Shown in pieces: positions 63,836 through 64,000 of a DNA stretch of 64,000 nt. Position 1 is the stretch's first letter. The number at the start of each line of letters is the position of its first letter. The translations under genes and the position numbers were made by a program. The notes beneath the pieces are model-generated. The model saw only the letters and a list, made by a program, of their open reading frames with translations. It was not told the origin of the DNA and made no database searches. The stretch is from Candidatus Aldehydirespiratoraceae bacterium (lineage in GTDB: Bacteria > Actinomycetota > Acidimicrobiia > Acidimicrobiales > Aldehydirespiratoraceae): assembly GCA_965221585.1 (NCBI GenBank), contig OZ244898.1:2105420-2169419 (forward strand), given 5' to 3'.

Positions 63836-64000
63836 GCTTCTCCTAGGGACTCAACCGAGAATACGCGGGTTCGACACAAGATGCGGCGAGGGCCGACGCC
63901 CGCCCGTGAGTGAACCTCGACGGTCGTGGGCAACACCTGCCCCTACGACCGGCAACAACGCAACCAAGCTCAGCGGAAGTCTCGGCTCACGGGAGCGATA

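Noticed and set aside
1-64000. Search for defence systems, toxin-antitoxin pairs, prophage, integrases, transposases, rRNA/tRNA genes or a GC-anomalous island
   Set aside because: None was recognised. Every ORF of substantial size has a housekeeping or metabolic family assignment or is a simple membrane or small protein. The only local AT-rich patches are short promoter-like stretches (for example 39590-39640, 19370-19410 and 43569-43618). I cannot exclude novel small-protein systems without database or comparative searches.

Overview
By inspection this is a high-GC, densely packed chromosomal segment of actinobacterial type. Supporting markers are NucS/EndoMS, a fused Kgd-type 2-oxoglutarate dehydrogenase, a UvrD2-like helicase with an HRDC tail, an Mca-like amidase, a DinB/mycothiol-type protein and LLM/PPOX flavoproteins. 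I call about 60 CDS.

Gene content by region:
- **1-7 kb:** coaD-rsmD-recG-yloV and ATP-type pckA.
- **8-9 kb:** an alpha-methylacyl-CoA racemase-type CoA-transferase.
- **10-14 kb:** a TPP riboswitch followed by thiBPQ-type thiamine ABC transporter genes.
- **14-25 kb:** uvrD2, a cation/proton antiporter with a USP fusion, xthA, kgd and ettA.
- **25-27.5 kb:** thioesterase, DUF35 and SCPx-thiolase genes.
- **28-33 kb:** cysC-cysN-cysD divergent from cysQ plus a MIP channel gene.
- **33-37 kb:** nucS, then translationally coupled VanW, geranylgeranyl reductase and PAP2 genes.
- **39-48.6 kb:** mca/SCP2/ChbG genes, an ion-transport trio, and an MMPL transporter.
- **49.5-52.7 kb:** a CitE/MaoC/ACAD/MaoC module.
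- **52.8-61.9 kb:** a P450/ALDH/SDR/acyl-CoA ligase/hydrolase cassette with a neighbouring FAD monooxygenase.

I found no rRNA, tRNA, CRISPR array, transposase, integrase, phage gene or recognisable defence system. Overall this looks like core genome rather than an island.

The least explained signals are non-coding:
1. A perfectly phased 22-bp x 5.5 tandem array carrying GCTAGC palindromes, directly abutting the nucS start.
2. A roughly 26-45 nt motif (GGCTCCGGCYACGCCCGGCGAAAGCA) present four times in one intergenic region and twice inside the kgd linker coding sequence.
3. An 18-bp tandem repeat at the thiQ/zincin convergent junction, where one extra C in a C-run produces a 136-nt read-through.
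4. A strongly structured leader upstream of a stand-alone RAM-domain gene.

All functional calls rest on motif and family recognition by eye. No database search was run.
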